From Octopus bimaculoides (Eukaryota), in the NCBI RefSeq assembly GCF_001194135.2, contig NC_068987.1, forward strand, positions 13,337,980 to 13,401,979: a stretch of DNA of 64,000 nucleotides, written 5' to 3'. Both the position numbers and the translations under genes were made by a program. Below, in pieces: positions 24,138 to 37,589 of the stretch (position 1 is the stretch's first letter; the number at the start of each line of letters is the position of its first letter). A model generated the notes under the pieces. It searched no databases, was not told the origin of the DNA, and worked only from the letters and a program-made list of their open reading frames with translations.

Positions 24138-25759
24138 CCATGCATGTGCACAACAAGCTCTGTATCCCCTCTATTGCAAAGGCATCTGTTCTTGTCCCTC
24201 TATTCATACACTAACCTCTCATCACCCAGAACAAATCAACCCCACCTCAATACTGCTCCCTACTCAGTGTGTGTGTGTATCTGTGTGTGTGAGTGTGACC
24301 CAACAGCCAAATCCAACTTCTCACATCTACCCTCATTCAAAAAATAAACATTCACATCATCAAACTCTCAAAGCAATGAGATAATACATGATTAATTGAA
24401 AACAATATGATTAAATAAGCATTACTTTTGACAGAGTAATCTGAATGCTAAGGGGTTAATACTAATATCAGTAGTCCTCAACATTTTGTGGTTCAGCACT
24501 TCCTGTTACCAAATGGTGTTTTAAAATGCTCCCTTCCCTGGCTAAAGAGGAATAAGTACTGGGATCAATTTGTTCAGTTAAACCTTTAAAGGTGGTGCCC
24601 CAGCATGGCCACAGTTCAATTACTGGAACAAGTAAGAGAATAAAAGAATCTATGGAAGGTGTGCATGCTAATTAAGCACATCCAGGATACATGCACTCAA
24701 GTTAAATATAATCTGCTTAAGTCATGAAGATCAGAACCCCTAATAAAATATATAATACTATAACTTAGACATTCATTGAATAGATATTGATAAAATAGGT
24801 ACTGGAGCGAGTCTAGGACATTTACCCCCCATGGACAATAAGCCCCAAAGGACAATTACCTTAGAGCATCATCCAACTCGACCTGAAGAAAATTCTAACT
24901 GGGCCCCACCTGCGAGGTCATGCACTGTTAATTTTGATATGAGATCACCATGTCGCGCACATATGGTTGTGATGCATGTGCCTGGTGTACCCTTATCAGA
25001 CGGGTAGTCATGATGGGTATAATGGGCTTTGTATATTTTACACCAGTGTCACTTTGATGGCATGCACTGCTCTCTCACTCAATAATAATAATAATGATGA
25101 TGATGATGATGATGATTTCAAATTTTGGAACAAGGCCAGCAACCTACCTCCTAAAATTACATTACCTCCTAAAAATACACTAAAAAAAAAAAAAAAAGTT
25201 GTTATGCACATGCAGAAACAGCACAACATGGCAAAAGAAATAAAAGAAAACCTAGATGTGACATAAAACAAACAATTGTCACAAACTTGTAGCAGACTGT
25301 CGTAGAACTTCTGACCATTGCTGATCAGTGGTTGTTAAGTGACTAATCAGTACAACATCTCTGAATACACAAGTTTCTGATGTTACGGAACAAAGTCCTT
25401 ATGAAACTATGTAATTACTGCATTCTGACAGCTGTCAAGATGTTGCTTACCAGACAAGGTCGGTATGCTCATGTGATCTTTAATAAGTTGTTGGTGGTGT
25501 ACAGCCCTAGGTCAATCCTGGTCGAGCAGACATACTTATGATGTAAAGGTTGTTTCATATTGTGGCTGGGTGGTTAATAAGCTCACTTTGCAACCATGTG
25601 ATCTTTGGGTTCCACTGTGCAGCGTCTTAGACAAGTGTATCTGCTATTATAGCCCTGGGCTGACTGATGCCTTGCAAATGAAACTGGTAGACAGAAACAC
25701 TGTGGTAACCAGTTATGTGTGCATATGGGGTTCCTTCAAAGGGTCTTTGGAGTAATGTG

Positions 25760-26110
25760 ACACAATAGAATGCATAGCCTGGAAATCAGAGAGGTGCTCC
25801 AAGTAAAGCCCATATTTGTTTGAATTGAGAAATCACAGTTCCAATATTACAGACATGTGGCAATAATGTCCCAAGAAGGAATCATTGGACAGGTTTTATG
25901 GGCAAACCCAACCAGCAGGAGACCAAGGGAGGACCATGAACAAGATGGTTGGATAACATCCATGTCTTTGATTGAATTTTGCTTGGGGATCCAGTCAAAT
26001 CAATTGAAGATGGTTGCTTTCTGACAGGGCCCAATGAAAGGCATGCTCTGAGGACTCTACTCCCATGACCCTTCCACAAATAAGTGGGTAAAGAAGACGA
26101 GATGAGATAT
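25760..26110 (+). pseudogene. RTE-clade LINE reverse transcriptase C-terminal fragment
   Basis: Translates RMHSLEIREVLQVKPIFV*IEKSQFQYYRHVAIMSQEGIIGQVLWANPTSRRPR/GRP*TRWLDNI, matching the RTE IRE.L.V....IE..QL.W.GHV.RM....RPRGRP..RW pattern; stops and a frameshift. Confidence 0.85.
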
Positions 26111-26359
26111 TCTGTCATATGCATGGTATGTAGCAAATTATACTAACACCTGTTACACACACACACATACACATCTGTATACACATTAACAATCCCTCTT
26201 GGCTGTTGTCGGTTACTATGAGCCAGAACTGCAGGCATTCCTTTCATGGGATATGGTTAGATGTCCATGGTATTAAGTTTATATTTTGTTTTATCATTGT
26301 ATCTTGACAATCTTTTGTCAATATTCCTTTTGGTTTATGATTATACAGCTGTGCATGCA

Positions 26360-26407
<48 letters not shown>

Positions 26408-26611
26408 NNNNNNNNNNNNNNNNNNNNNNNNNNNNNNNNNNNNNNNNNNNNNNNNNNNNNNNNNNNNNNNNNNNNNNNNNNNNNNNNNNNNNNNNNNNNN
26501 NNNNNNNNNNNNNNNNNNNNNNNNNNNNNNNNNNNNNNNNNNNGGTGGTAGAAGAAATAAAACTATAGGCATTTTAAATAGTTTTCCAGCTTGTGGATTT
26601 TTACATCTGTT

Positions 26612-26679
<68 letters not shown>

Positions 26680-28199
26680 GAGAGAGGAAGAGTGTGCATG
26701 TGTGTTTGTGTGTAAGAGTGGTTGGAATAAGTTTCAAACAACAAAACCATATGCATGTTAAATAGTTTTCCAGCTTATGGATTTCCACATCTGGAGAGAG
26801 AAGAGGTGGGAGCGAGAAAGCGTGTGAGTGTGTAGTAGTAGTAGTAGTAGTAGTGTCAGAAAACAGTTTTCCCATCTTATGGATTTCTACATCTGTTGAA
26901 TCTGTTTAGAGCATTCAAAAGTCTGTTTATTTTGCGAATATTCTTTACTTACTCCCCCCCCCCCCCCCCGATAGTGTTTTTGAAATGGCTAAAACACATG
27001 TGAAGTGCCAAATATAGATATACAGTTTGGGTAACAATGAAAGCTTTATGATTTTTCTTTTTTCCTGCCGACAAATTTTAGTTATTTTCCTTTCTCATAG
27101 ACAATACAAACCAATTTTTTCCCTTTTTCTTTCTTTCTTGTTTTTCTTTTTGTTTTTGCTTCATTGGGATCTTATTGGCTGTAGATATAAACTATTTAAA
27201 AAGCAAGGTGGAGTTTGATGGCATTTGTACAACCTGAAGTACTTTGGGTGACATCAGACCAAGATTATTCATAGCTATTGTAGCACTTCCCATTCTAAAA
27301 CGATATCCACATTCTATTTTTTGTGGCTATGTGGTAAGAAGCTTGCTTCCCAACCTCATGGTTCAGAGTTCAGTCCCATTGCATTGGCACCTTGGGCATA
27401 TGTCTTCTACTACAGCCTCAGGCCAACCAAAGCCTTGTGAGAGGATTTCGTAGACAGAAATTGAAAAGAAGTCTGGTGGTATTAGCCTGTCATATATATA
27501 TATGCATATATTTATGTGTGTGTTTGCTGTCTTATAATAATAATAACAAGAGCACTCAGAGAGTGCAAACCTCCACCAAGGCAACACCAACGTCCTCTCA
27601 ACAATTAGCCAGAGATGATTTTTAAAATGAGAATATCTGAAATAAACTCGACTTCTCTCACAAACAAGAATACTAAAAATGAACCCAACCACTCTCAAAT
27701 ATTAAGTAAAAAGACAAGAAAAATAATCCAAAATCCTTGTCCGGTACCGGATTGATCCCAAAATCTAATGAGACCTTATAAGGCAAGCTGGCAGAATCAT
27801 TAGAGCATCGGTAAAAACGCTTAGTGGCATATCTTCTGGATTTGCGTTTTTAGTTCAAATTCCTCCAAGGTCAACTTTGCCTTTCATTCTACAGGATAGG
27901 GGAACATTTCACAGTGTAGTCCTTAATACACAAGAAGACAAACTGATCACTGCTTAAACGCCTTTTATCACAGACTAATCTGGAGCACCACAACTACAGC
28001 TAGCAGATCGATCTGCAAAAATTAGCAGTCCAAACTCTGGTAATACGTAGCAGCAAGCACTGGGAGCAAGATAATCAATAAGACCCCCTCCCCTCAAAAT
28101 TTCAGGCCTTGTGTCTATAGTAGAAAGAATTATGTATAGTTGGCAACACTACTTATACATTGAAACATTTATATTCATGGAGAACAGTGTTAGAACATG

Positions 28200-29030
28200 T
28201 ATTATGTAGTTTTGCTCAGTTGTGTAGTATTTGCATAATATTTTCAGGTTTCTAGTAGTTGTTCAGTGTTGTGGGGGAATGTTTTGGATGTAGTGGAGGT
28301 CTTATGGGTTGTCACTGTGGCAGGTTTGGCATGTTGGTAAGTTTGGCGTGTTGGTAGATTTGACGTGTTGACATGCGTTTATTGTTGTAGTATAATGCAG
28401 TAACATAAAATGGTGAGCAGGTGGGAATGGGAAGTTTAGGAGTAGTGCATTGTAAAGATTTTGAACACTTTTAATAAGGGTGGATCCTGGGGTTAGTGTT
28501 GGGGTTGTAAAACTAGAGGTTTAGGAAGTAAGGGGAGAATAGCCAATTCAACTGGGTTGAGTTTCTGGTTCATTTCAGACAACAATTTTGTAGTTTGAAA
28601 AGTACTTTGTGAGTGGGTAATGAAAGAAGTTTCTTCCCTTAACGATGTTTGCTGACAAAGACAATATTTTTTGACTTCTCTTTGATGTAGAGAATATATT
28701 TAATACTCTATTCATAAAATTTAACGATTTCTGTAATAGTACTTCAGTTTATAAAAAGGTTGGTCACTCAGCAGTCTTTCAGGTTCCATATTAGCTGGGA
28801 TAATGGGGTCACATTGCAATTGCTTTTGTTGCTGAATGACACCATATGTTGTACAAATCTTCTTTTTAAGGTATTTCTTGTTGGTTCCATGTAGGTCATT
28901 ATTATGTCGTCTCCATTGGGGATGTCGGCTGTGTACACCAGTTTCTTCTCAACTATATTTGTTGTTTAAAGTGGGGGAAGGGTCTTCGGTTACACTGATC
29001 ATTATGACAAAGTGAAAATGTCGCTGACGT
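28200..29030 (-). pseudogene. Penelope-like element, GIY-YIG endonuclease fragment and 3' region
   Basis: Minus-strand translation of about 28785-28965: KLVYTADIPNGDDIIMTYMEPTRNTLKRRFVQHMVSFSNKSNCNVTPLSQLIWNLKDC*, matching the Penelope VY.A...Y.G.T...K.R..QH..SF...N.T.LS..IW.LK pattern. Confidence 0.8.
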
Positions 29031-29356
29031 AAGAAATGGTGTTTGTATGAATGTGTGTGAGTGCATATGTGTGTATGTGCATGTGTGTGTGTGCATGTGT
29101 ACGAGTATGTATTTATATTCATACACACACATATATTAATGTATATATGTATTTAAGCATATCTATTTTTACATACGTATATTATATAGATAGTAGATAG
29201 ATCAGATTAGTAGACAGACAGATAGACAGATGGTGTTAATGTGTGCGTGTACACGTGTGTGTAAATGCGAATGTGTGTCTGTTCACAAAAATCCCAAAGC
29301 ACCTTCGTGCGAGCGTATATGTAAATACATATACAACACAAACTCTCTCTTTCTCT

Positions 29357-29391
<35 letters not shown>

Positions 29392-30599
29392 TGTCCGCAA
29401 TCGTTTAGTGTATGTTTCATGTATCTAGTGTGTACCGATAGTGTAAATTTCCTCACACACACATACTTTCTCCCTCTCTCTCTCTCCCTATTTATATCTG
29501 GTATTATTTCTCTCCCCCTTTCTCTCTCTCTATATACATTATATATAATAAACCACAAAGCCTCTGAACAATTGCTCGAAATAGCAACCAAATCTCCCTC
29601 AAATTATCCCCTTACAATCTAAAAAAAAAAGTGGGTGGGAAGCACCTTTCAGTGTAGTCCTTAATACACAAAAAGACAAACTGGTCACTGCTTAAACGCC
29701 TTTTATCACAGACTAATCTGGAGCACTACAACTACAGCTAAGGGTAACTGTACATAGAAGATCGATCTGCAAAAACTAGCAGTCCAAACTCCGGTAAAAT
29801 ACACCTCCCAGCCTTCGAACCGAATGAAGACGTAGCCCTTGGTATACACAAGGATTGGTAGAACGCGTTCGTGGAAGGTTTATTGACTCGAAACAACCAG
29901 CTAAATCTTTTTCAAAATATGTATCCTGTCGCCTTAACGAAGGCAGATCACCGTATACTAAAGTCAATGTTAATGCCAAATACGATATGTTTGAAATAGC
30001 GTGTCGATAGAATGTCAGCAATAAAGTCGATATGATCTGCAGAATGTGTCCGTGGATGATTAAAAACTTTCCAGTTTAGAGATCTGGTAACTATTGTTTT
30101 TCTCTTCAGTACGCTTTAATATGGCTACCCACCACGGTTTCCCAACATCAAACAATACATTATGAGAACTGAAGCTGCCTAGAGATTGATCGCGAAAGTC
30201 TACCTGTTTATTCATAATTTACGCTTTAGTTTGTTAGAGAGAAAGAGGAGGTGGATTGAGAGAGAGGAAGAGAGAATGTGAGAGTGAGTGCGAGAGCAGA
30301 TAACCAGTCGATGCATTATGCAGTGAAAGTGAGAGGTGAATAGAAAGAGAGAAATGTTAAAAACATGATGAGGGAAATTATATGGTTAAAAAGTTTGTTG
30401 AAGAGGTTGAGAGAAAGAGAGAGAAATAAAGTGCTTAACAGAGGGAGATTTCAAAATCATTTAATATATTATTGTAAAATAATTTAGTAAAATAAAAATA
30501 AAAATGCAAATCTTTTCTTTCATAAATAACTTTCCCTCATCGTTTTCGTTCTGTGGAATTTCCATGGGTTCCACTAGTAAATAAATAAACAGAATGACA

Positions 30600-30780
30600 A
30601 ATTGGTTACTGGAATCACATGAGGAAAAATTCAAACTTTAATCCAACGCCGCCACATAACAACATATGTACAGAACGGAAAATATCCCACCACCACTGTC
30701 TGGAACAAAAGAGCCATATAAGCCTTTCACAAAAATCGAGCTCTCATCACATACCATTGTGACAAATACTTGAATAATTA
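30600..30780 (+). pseudogene. Possible very decayed Penelope endonuclease fragment
   Basis: Across frameshifts reads roughly TGIT/EEKFKL*...KEPYKPFTKIELSS, resembling YIG.T...FK.R and A.PY.P.TK.C.LC. Needs several frameshifts. Confidence 0.3.
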
Positions 30781-32394
30781 AATTAGTCCTACTTTATTCA
30801 ACAATATCCTGGAAGAAATCAAAGAAAAATACCCCAGTTACATTTCGGCCAACAACTCCCAGCTTAAATGGGCTCCGAGTCCCAAAACACAACGTAAAAG
30901 ACTATTCCAAGTGGTATTATTAAGTTAGACAAAGCTCGGACCAGTAATAGCCAAAAGGTATCTAGAATATCTAAGTATTTAAGTCATTACACATCTATAT
31001 TCATTTATCAAAGATCCTTCTCTCACCACCACCACCACCACAAGAAAATCTACCGTGTTAAAGAGTCAGTAATAAATTAACAATAGAACATACGGGTACA
31101 TGTACTTAAATCCGTATTTAAAAAAAAAAAAGGCTCGCGGTAAGGTAATGAAAACACGAGCGATAATCAGTGCTTCTGAGTAGCTGTGCATTGTGGGTGG
31201 TTGCCGGGACGCATTTTTGCGGACCAAGCAGAATCTTTGACTGATCGCCAACCTGTGTTATCATACATCAATCCGCGATAAGTGTAACGTGGTTCACAAC
31301 TGAGAGTACCGTGTAATCCAGAATCAGTGATAAACGAGGATAGATGCACTACGTAAAGCACCTAAAGATAACTTAATGCATTGTATTCATGTTTTAGAAA
31401 GTTTAAACAGCTGAACTCAGATTCTATTGTTCGAAGTAACATGTAACTAACCCCAAATTACTTGGTTGTATTTCAGACAACGATTCCACCTTCCCTTCCA
31501 CCATTTTCACAAGTTAATAATTTATCATGAACCGGATATTTTCATAATGGATTTTCAACTAATATAATTTAATTTCCCAAATAATAAATTCATTACGTTG
31601 GTTCTAATGTATATGGAAAAGAAGAAACCATTAAAAATATATTCATATTTGCTACAATTATTACTGTTTCTATGCTGTCTGCCTGACTTTAATAATATCT
31701 TCTAGATTATAATCATACAAGGCTGTCATTTAAAATAAACATTTATTTTATAAAATGATAATCCTATAACACTCTCTTTCTCCCCCCCCCCCCACTTGTG
31801 TGTATGCGCTCGTATACACATATATATGTATGTATGTATGAAATGTAAGGGCTGCGACGCTGATGCGCATAAGCAAATAGGTTTTATGCTATTTCCCCAT
31901 ATACCTCAAAATCAGCAATTTGAATTCGTTTCCAGGGCGACTCAAGTATACATTTCCGATGAGCTGAAATAACAGCGAAATGTCGAGGTCTACCGGTTTT
32001 GTTCACCTACGAGGCCAATTTCTTTCGCCTGGTTTTGAAGTATACAGTGTTTTTTTGTTGTTGTTTTTTAACTTGACATGTTAAAGGGACTTTCTCGGAA
32101 CGAAAGACCGCAGCTGAAAAGCATTTACACAGAACACATTCATTAAGTATGTATCATCAATAATGTTACCATTATTAGAACTTCTTCTAACTCAAAACGC
32201 CTTATTAGTCAGTCGAAAGACACCTGTAGTTATTCCCTTGTTTGTATTTGTAATCGTGCAACATTTTCTTTTTTGCTTTCTTCCAAAAATTTAATGCTCT
32301 TAGCTTAGATTTTTGGAGCCTACCAATTTTGAACAGACTCAAATATAACAGGCCGAAACTGTAATGATAATTAGAAGCTTGACTGATGAACAGA

Positions 32395-32570
32395 GGGCCA
32401 CGAATGATACAGGAGAAGCAGTTATGATTTTATTCAACAGATTCTCTTCTTTAATTCACACACTTATTGTATCGGCCCTTCAGTTTTTCTAAGACCTGCA
32501 AAAGAACTCGGAAGACTGGGCCTCCAACCAAGCCTTTCATGACACCCTTAAAGCCAGGAACTTTTCAGTA

Positions 32571-32579
<9 letters not shown>
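32395..32579. mobile_element. Related mariner-type non-autonomous element with one degraded end
   Basis: Shares atacagga...attcacacacttattg with 43763-44009 and ends aagccaggaacttttcagtaccccctcgt. Confidence 0.7.
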
Positions 32580-32603
<24 letters not shown>

Positions 32604-32624
32604 ATAAACATATATATATATATA

Positions 32625-32668
<44 letters not shown>

Positions 32669-32782
32669 TAATTTATAATCAAGGATAAAATCCATATAGA
32701 ATGTTATCAAGTAGCTAGCATGTAAAAAAAAAACATTTAGGTAAAAAATTAATACAAAGTATTTAATTTCATAAATATAATT

Positions 32783-33207
32783 ATAAAATTATAATACGGG
32801 CAACTACTGAGAAACGCCACATGCTCGAAGAAGACGTCAAATGGCTCTAAGAATACCTTATTTATCATATAGGCACGAACTGAAAGCGAGGGAATGGACA
32901 AAAAAGATTTTTTTTAATGTTTAAGCATAAATCGCTTTCTGGTTTAGGGATGTAGTACCTTTTAATGCATTGTGTTCGTATGATATGTATAAATGTTTAT
33001 AATTATATACTTTCGGTTATGCCATACTGTAAATGGTATTACATCCCTAAACCAGAAATCGATCTACGGCTAAACTTTAAAAAAATATTTTTTATTCATT
33101 CCCTCACTTTCAGCCCGTGTCTATGTGATAAGGTAGTTTTAGAGCCATTTGGTGTCTTCTTCTAGCATGTGGCATAACTCAGTGGTTGCCTTTATTATAA
33201 TTTTATC
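32783..33207. repeat. Old, diverged long inverted repeat (about 180-bp arms, 65-nt loop)
   Basis: 32783-32964 matches the reverse complement of 33030-33207 (e.g. gccacatgctcgaagaagacgtcaaatggctctaa versus gccacatgctagaagaagacaccaaatggctctaa; tttctggtttagggatgta in both). Confidence 0.85.
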
Positions 33208-36200
33208 ATTATTTTTATAAAATTTAATACTTTGTACACACACACACACACTGAAAAGTAAGGATGAGTGCTCAACACTGCATTGATGGATAAATATTCT
33301 TTCTTTGCTGGTTAACAAGGCTGCCATTGGTTTCATGCCGAGAATTCTCTGTCTTCCATCCTTTCGGGGTCGATAAAATAAGTACCAGTTGAACACTGGA
33401 AGTCGATGTAATCGACTATTTTCTTCCCTCCAAAATTTCGAGCTTTGCGCCTATAGTAAAAAGGAACATTACATATAGTAAGTTAACACGCGTATTGTTG
33501 TTACCTGACAACACCTAATCACTATTTGGTAGTTTTTGTATGTTTTTTTTTAACTGGTTTGTTTTTCAAAACTGGAAATATTTCCCAAAGGTAGAACATG
33601 ACAAGCAATAACATAGAATAACTAAATAAATAAATAAAATAAAACAAAATAAATGTCTGTAAATTAGTCGTCTGAATTCAAAGAAAACCTCTTATTTCTA
33701 AAGCGTCAGGAATGAAGGTAAAAGAAACACTTTTTAAAATATAGGTGGACATAATAACTGCTCCCGTCTTCATAATCTTTACTTCTGCATTTTATTTATT
33801 ATTATCATCATCATCATCATTATTATTTGTCATATACTTTTTAGTGGGGATGATATATTGTTTATTGAGTTTTCTATATATTGTTCTCTCCTCACGAGTA
33901 ATCCAAGACAATGGCGTCCACAAGGCGAAATTATAGAGAGCGATTTTATTGTGCGGACTAAACAGGAATGGAAGCACGTGACAACATAATGATATTGTAA
34001 GGCCATAACACTATGGCTGTGTGTGCATGTGTGCGGTCATGAAGGTGAGGGAAGGGATTTTTCATAACGCGTGTGTATGTGTGCGTGAGAAAATGAGAGA
34101 ACGTGTGTATATAAGTATGCNNNNNNNNNNNNNNNNNNNNNNNNNNNNNNNNNNNNNNNNNNNNNNNNNNNNNNNNNNNNNNNNNNNNNNNNNNNNNNNN
34201 NNNNNNNNNNNNNNNNNNNNNNNNNNNNNNNNNNNNNNNNNNNNNNNNNNNNNNNNNNNNNNNNNNNNNNNNNNNNNNNNNNNNNNNNNNNNNNNNNNNN
34301 NNNNNNNNNNNNNNNNNNNNNNNNNNNTATATATATATATATATGAATATAAAGTGTGTGATTTTATGGTGCGACTCTTATGGCGAATCATTAAACGCAA
34401 TATGCGTGTGTACGTGACTAGCCGTGGATAATGTTTCAAGCCTCGCTGTCTTGAAATTAGTCGAGGCTTTACAATTTATTTTAATGGATGTGTCCGAACT
34501 TCAGCGACTCTCTCGTTCGTGTCACGTACCTATAGTAACGCTTTTTTTCGTTTTTGATTTCGTTTTATGTAGAGTTATGCGCTGTTGATTTTGCTTGGTT
34601 ATGTTTGTCATAAATATAGAAAAAGATGTGTAGATGTTTCGGCCGAAGGAAATCCAGTTTTCACATCTCAGTCATCCTCCTCACATATATGTATCATAAA
34701 TAAGTCATCCTTCGATCGATATTCTATCCGTATTGCCCATAAAAGGTGGCGAGCTGGCAGAGTCGTTATCACGCCGAGCAAAATACTTAACGGCATTTCG
34801 TCTGTCTTGACGTTCTGAGTTCAAATTCCGACGAGGTCGACTTTGCCTTTCAGGGTCGATAAAATAAGTACCATTTGAGTACTGACATTGATACAATCGA
34901 CTTAACCACTCCAACGAAATTGCTGGCAATATGAAACTTATACTAATACCTATTATAAATTGATCTCAAATATCTAACTATTTTGAAGTCAGTGTACAGC
35001 ATTAGTTCGTAACTTGGACAGTAGCGTCCCCTCCATCCACACATACTTGGGGGTGGGGTTAACTCACAAAGGAGGCGGCTTAAGTAAAAAGAGTGGTGGG
35101 GCACTCTGGAAACTGCTGTGTGTTGAGAGGGGTCCTAATTTTTCTTAGAAATAAAATATATAAATTTCCTCCTAACTTTCAGAAAAATGAAAATTTCATT
35201 TAAAAATACCCATTTTTCTGAATGTTATGAATACACGAAGTCGAGGATGGGCGGGGGACACTTGTGCAAGTATAACAAAAAAGCAATATGTGTTTAAAGC
35301 TGATATTTTAATCATATTTTCAAAAACATTCTTTGTTTAGGATTACAATATGAGTCAGACAATGTGTTATCAGAGAGCGGAAACGTGGCTGATGTTATGC
35401 CAAGTTTCATTATAATTTTGTTTTATAAGTCCTCGCTTTCTTTAGTGATTTCCATAAAAATCTAACTAAAGATGCACTGGCCCACGCAAATATTTAAAAG
35501 GTGGACATAATAGAGGGGACAAAAAATTAGTTTTTGTTTGATTAAGATCATTTGTCCCCCACCCCCGCCCCAACAAAAAAACATGTCAAGGGACGTTTGT
35601 AAAACGTCATTCGGTGAAAGAGGGCACTGAGCTACAAAAGGTTGAGAACCTGAGTCTAGATGAAGAGGCGGAACAATGGAGACAGTGCATATATCGGTAT
35701 GACTGCTAGCTTATTTAAGAACAGATTGTATAAACATAATTACATATTTTTTAGCATTACAAAACTAGAAATACATATACATCCAGTTTTTGAAAAATAG
35801 CACTATATCCCATATCATTAAATGGCGACACTAAGACAAAATAACTGACTTATATACAATTGAATGTTTGCCGTAGCCTTGCTATAGCCTTTGTGCTCTG
35901 GAAAGGCTGTCTATCCTGAAACAGCAAACCAAAGAATTGAATAAACACAGAGAATTAATCGCTTCATGCACTGGTGCGTTTAAATAACTACCGTAATTGA
36001 TGGCATACAAGACGTACAAGCGTATTAGATGCACCTCAATTTCAGTAGCGCATATTCAGGGAAAATATTTTCAGTGTATTAAAGCATGTAATATAGGCTC
36101 AACTTCGAATATAGGACCGGGAGGGATTTTTTGAGACTTTTTCTTTATCTTTTTATTATATTTTTATTTTTTTTGAAAAAAATGCGTCTCAGACGTCATC

Positions 36201-37589
36201 AAATACGGTACTTAAAAACCATAATGGCAACACAATAGGCCGTGATATGAAATCCCCTTAACAAATTTTGTTTTCACTTTTCTCTTCAAATGGTATTTTG
36301 TACCTAATTAAAAAGATAACGCTAAAGTAACTTCTCAAACAATTAAATGAACATACGGTATTTAAAAAACAAACTAGAATATTCCCTCCTTCTAAGAATA
36401 GCACGTTTTCAAAAACCTGTACAAGCACTGTCGATTTTATGGAGTTGGATGAGCTTAATGTACAGCATAAGCATTTGGTCACTATAAAACAGATATAAAG
36501 TAGAAGAACTGAAAATAAAACCGCATAAATATGTCTTCGTACATGTGAGTATGTATATACGTATATGAGTGTACGTGTAGCCTCGTTTATCACTGGTTCG
36601 TTTATCATTGGTCCGGTATAATACGGTACGCTTAATTGCGAACCATGTTACGCCTATCACGGACTGGTCTGTGATAACACGGGTCGGCGTGTACGCTCAA
36701 TTGTGAACCATGTCACGCTTATTACGGATTGATCTGATAACACGGGTCGGCGATCAGACGAAGATTCTGCTTGTACAGCAAAAAACGCGCACCAGCGACC
36801 ACTTATGATGCTCAGCTACCTAGATGCACTGACTATAACTTGTGTTTACATGACTGTGCTGTGAAGCTGAGTAGTTTTTACACGGGTTGGCGTATTTATT
36901 ATAGCCATCAACACAAGACCTGGGACTCGTGGTGCGTTTTCTAAAACCTGTACAGACAAAGTCGAGTTGATGAAGTTAGATGAGCTAATGTACAGCATAA
37001 CCAAATGCAAAATGGAAGAACTAAAAACAAAAACAAAAAAACATAAATATATCTTCGTATATGTAAGTACGTGTGTGCAGAATTTTTTTAAGGAAAAAAG
37101 TGTATCTTATATGCAATGCTTGATTAATCATTGAGCAAAATAAGCATGTGTTTAGGGCATGAAGCTACGTTACTGGTTCGAACTCGAAATCCTGTCGCAA
37201 CTGACTTTAGATTTCGGCCATAAATAGAACAAGTGTAGAAAACGTCCTAACTTCTTCCCATAAAAAAAAAAAACAGCAACAATAAAACTGTGACCTTGCC
37301 TGTCAACGTCTCGATAATGATAAATAAATAATATATAAATAAATATGAAAAGGCTGGCAAAGAAAAGGCAGGATTCTGAAACGGGCAATGTTAAAATAAA
37401 TGAGATAGTTGTGAAGTTTACAAGGTAAACAACTGCAGATAATGACCTTTAACAGAATACAACGTTTGTTGTTTTATTTTTAACCTTGTCACTGTGTGTA
37501 TACATGGATAGTCACTGAAGGGGCAGTGTGCAGCAGCTTAAACATTTGAAAAATGCACACACACACATACATATTTACGTACATACATG

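Noticed and set aside
25380-25430. ctgatg...gga/tcc...gaaactatgta as a hammerhead
   Set aside because: Core incomplete (CUGAUGU) and no matching stem I.
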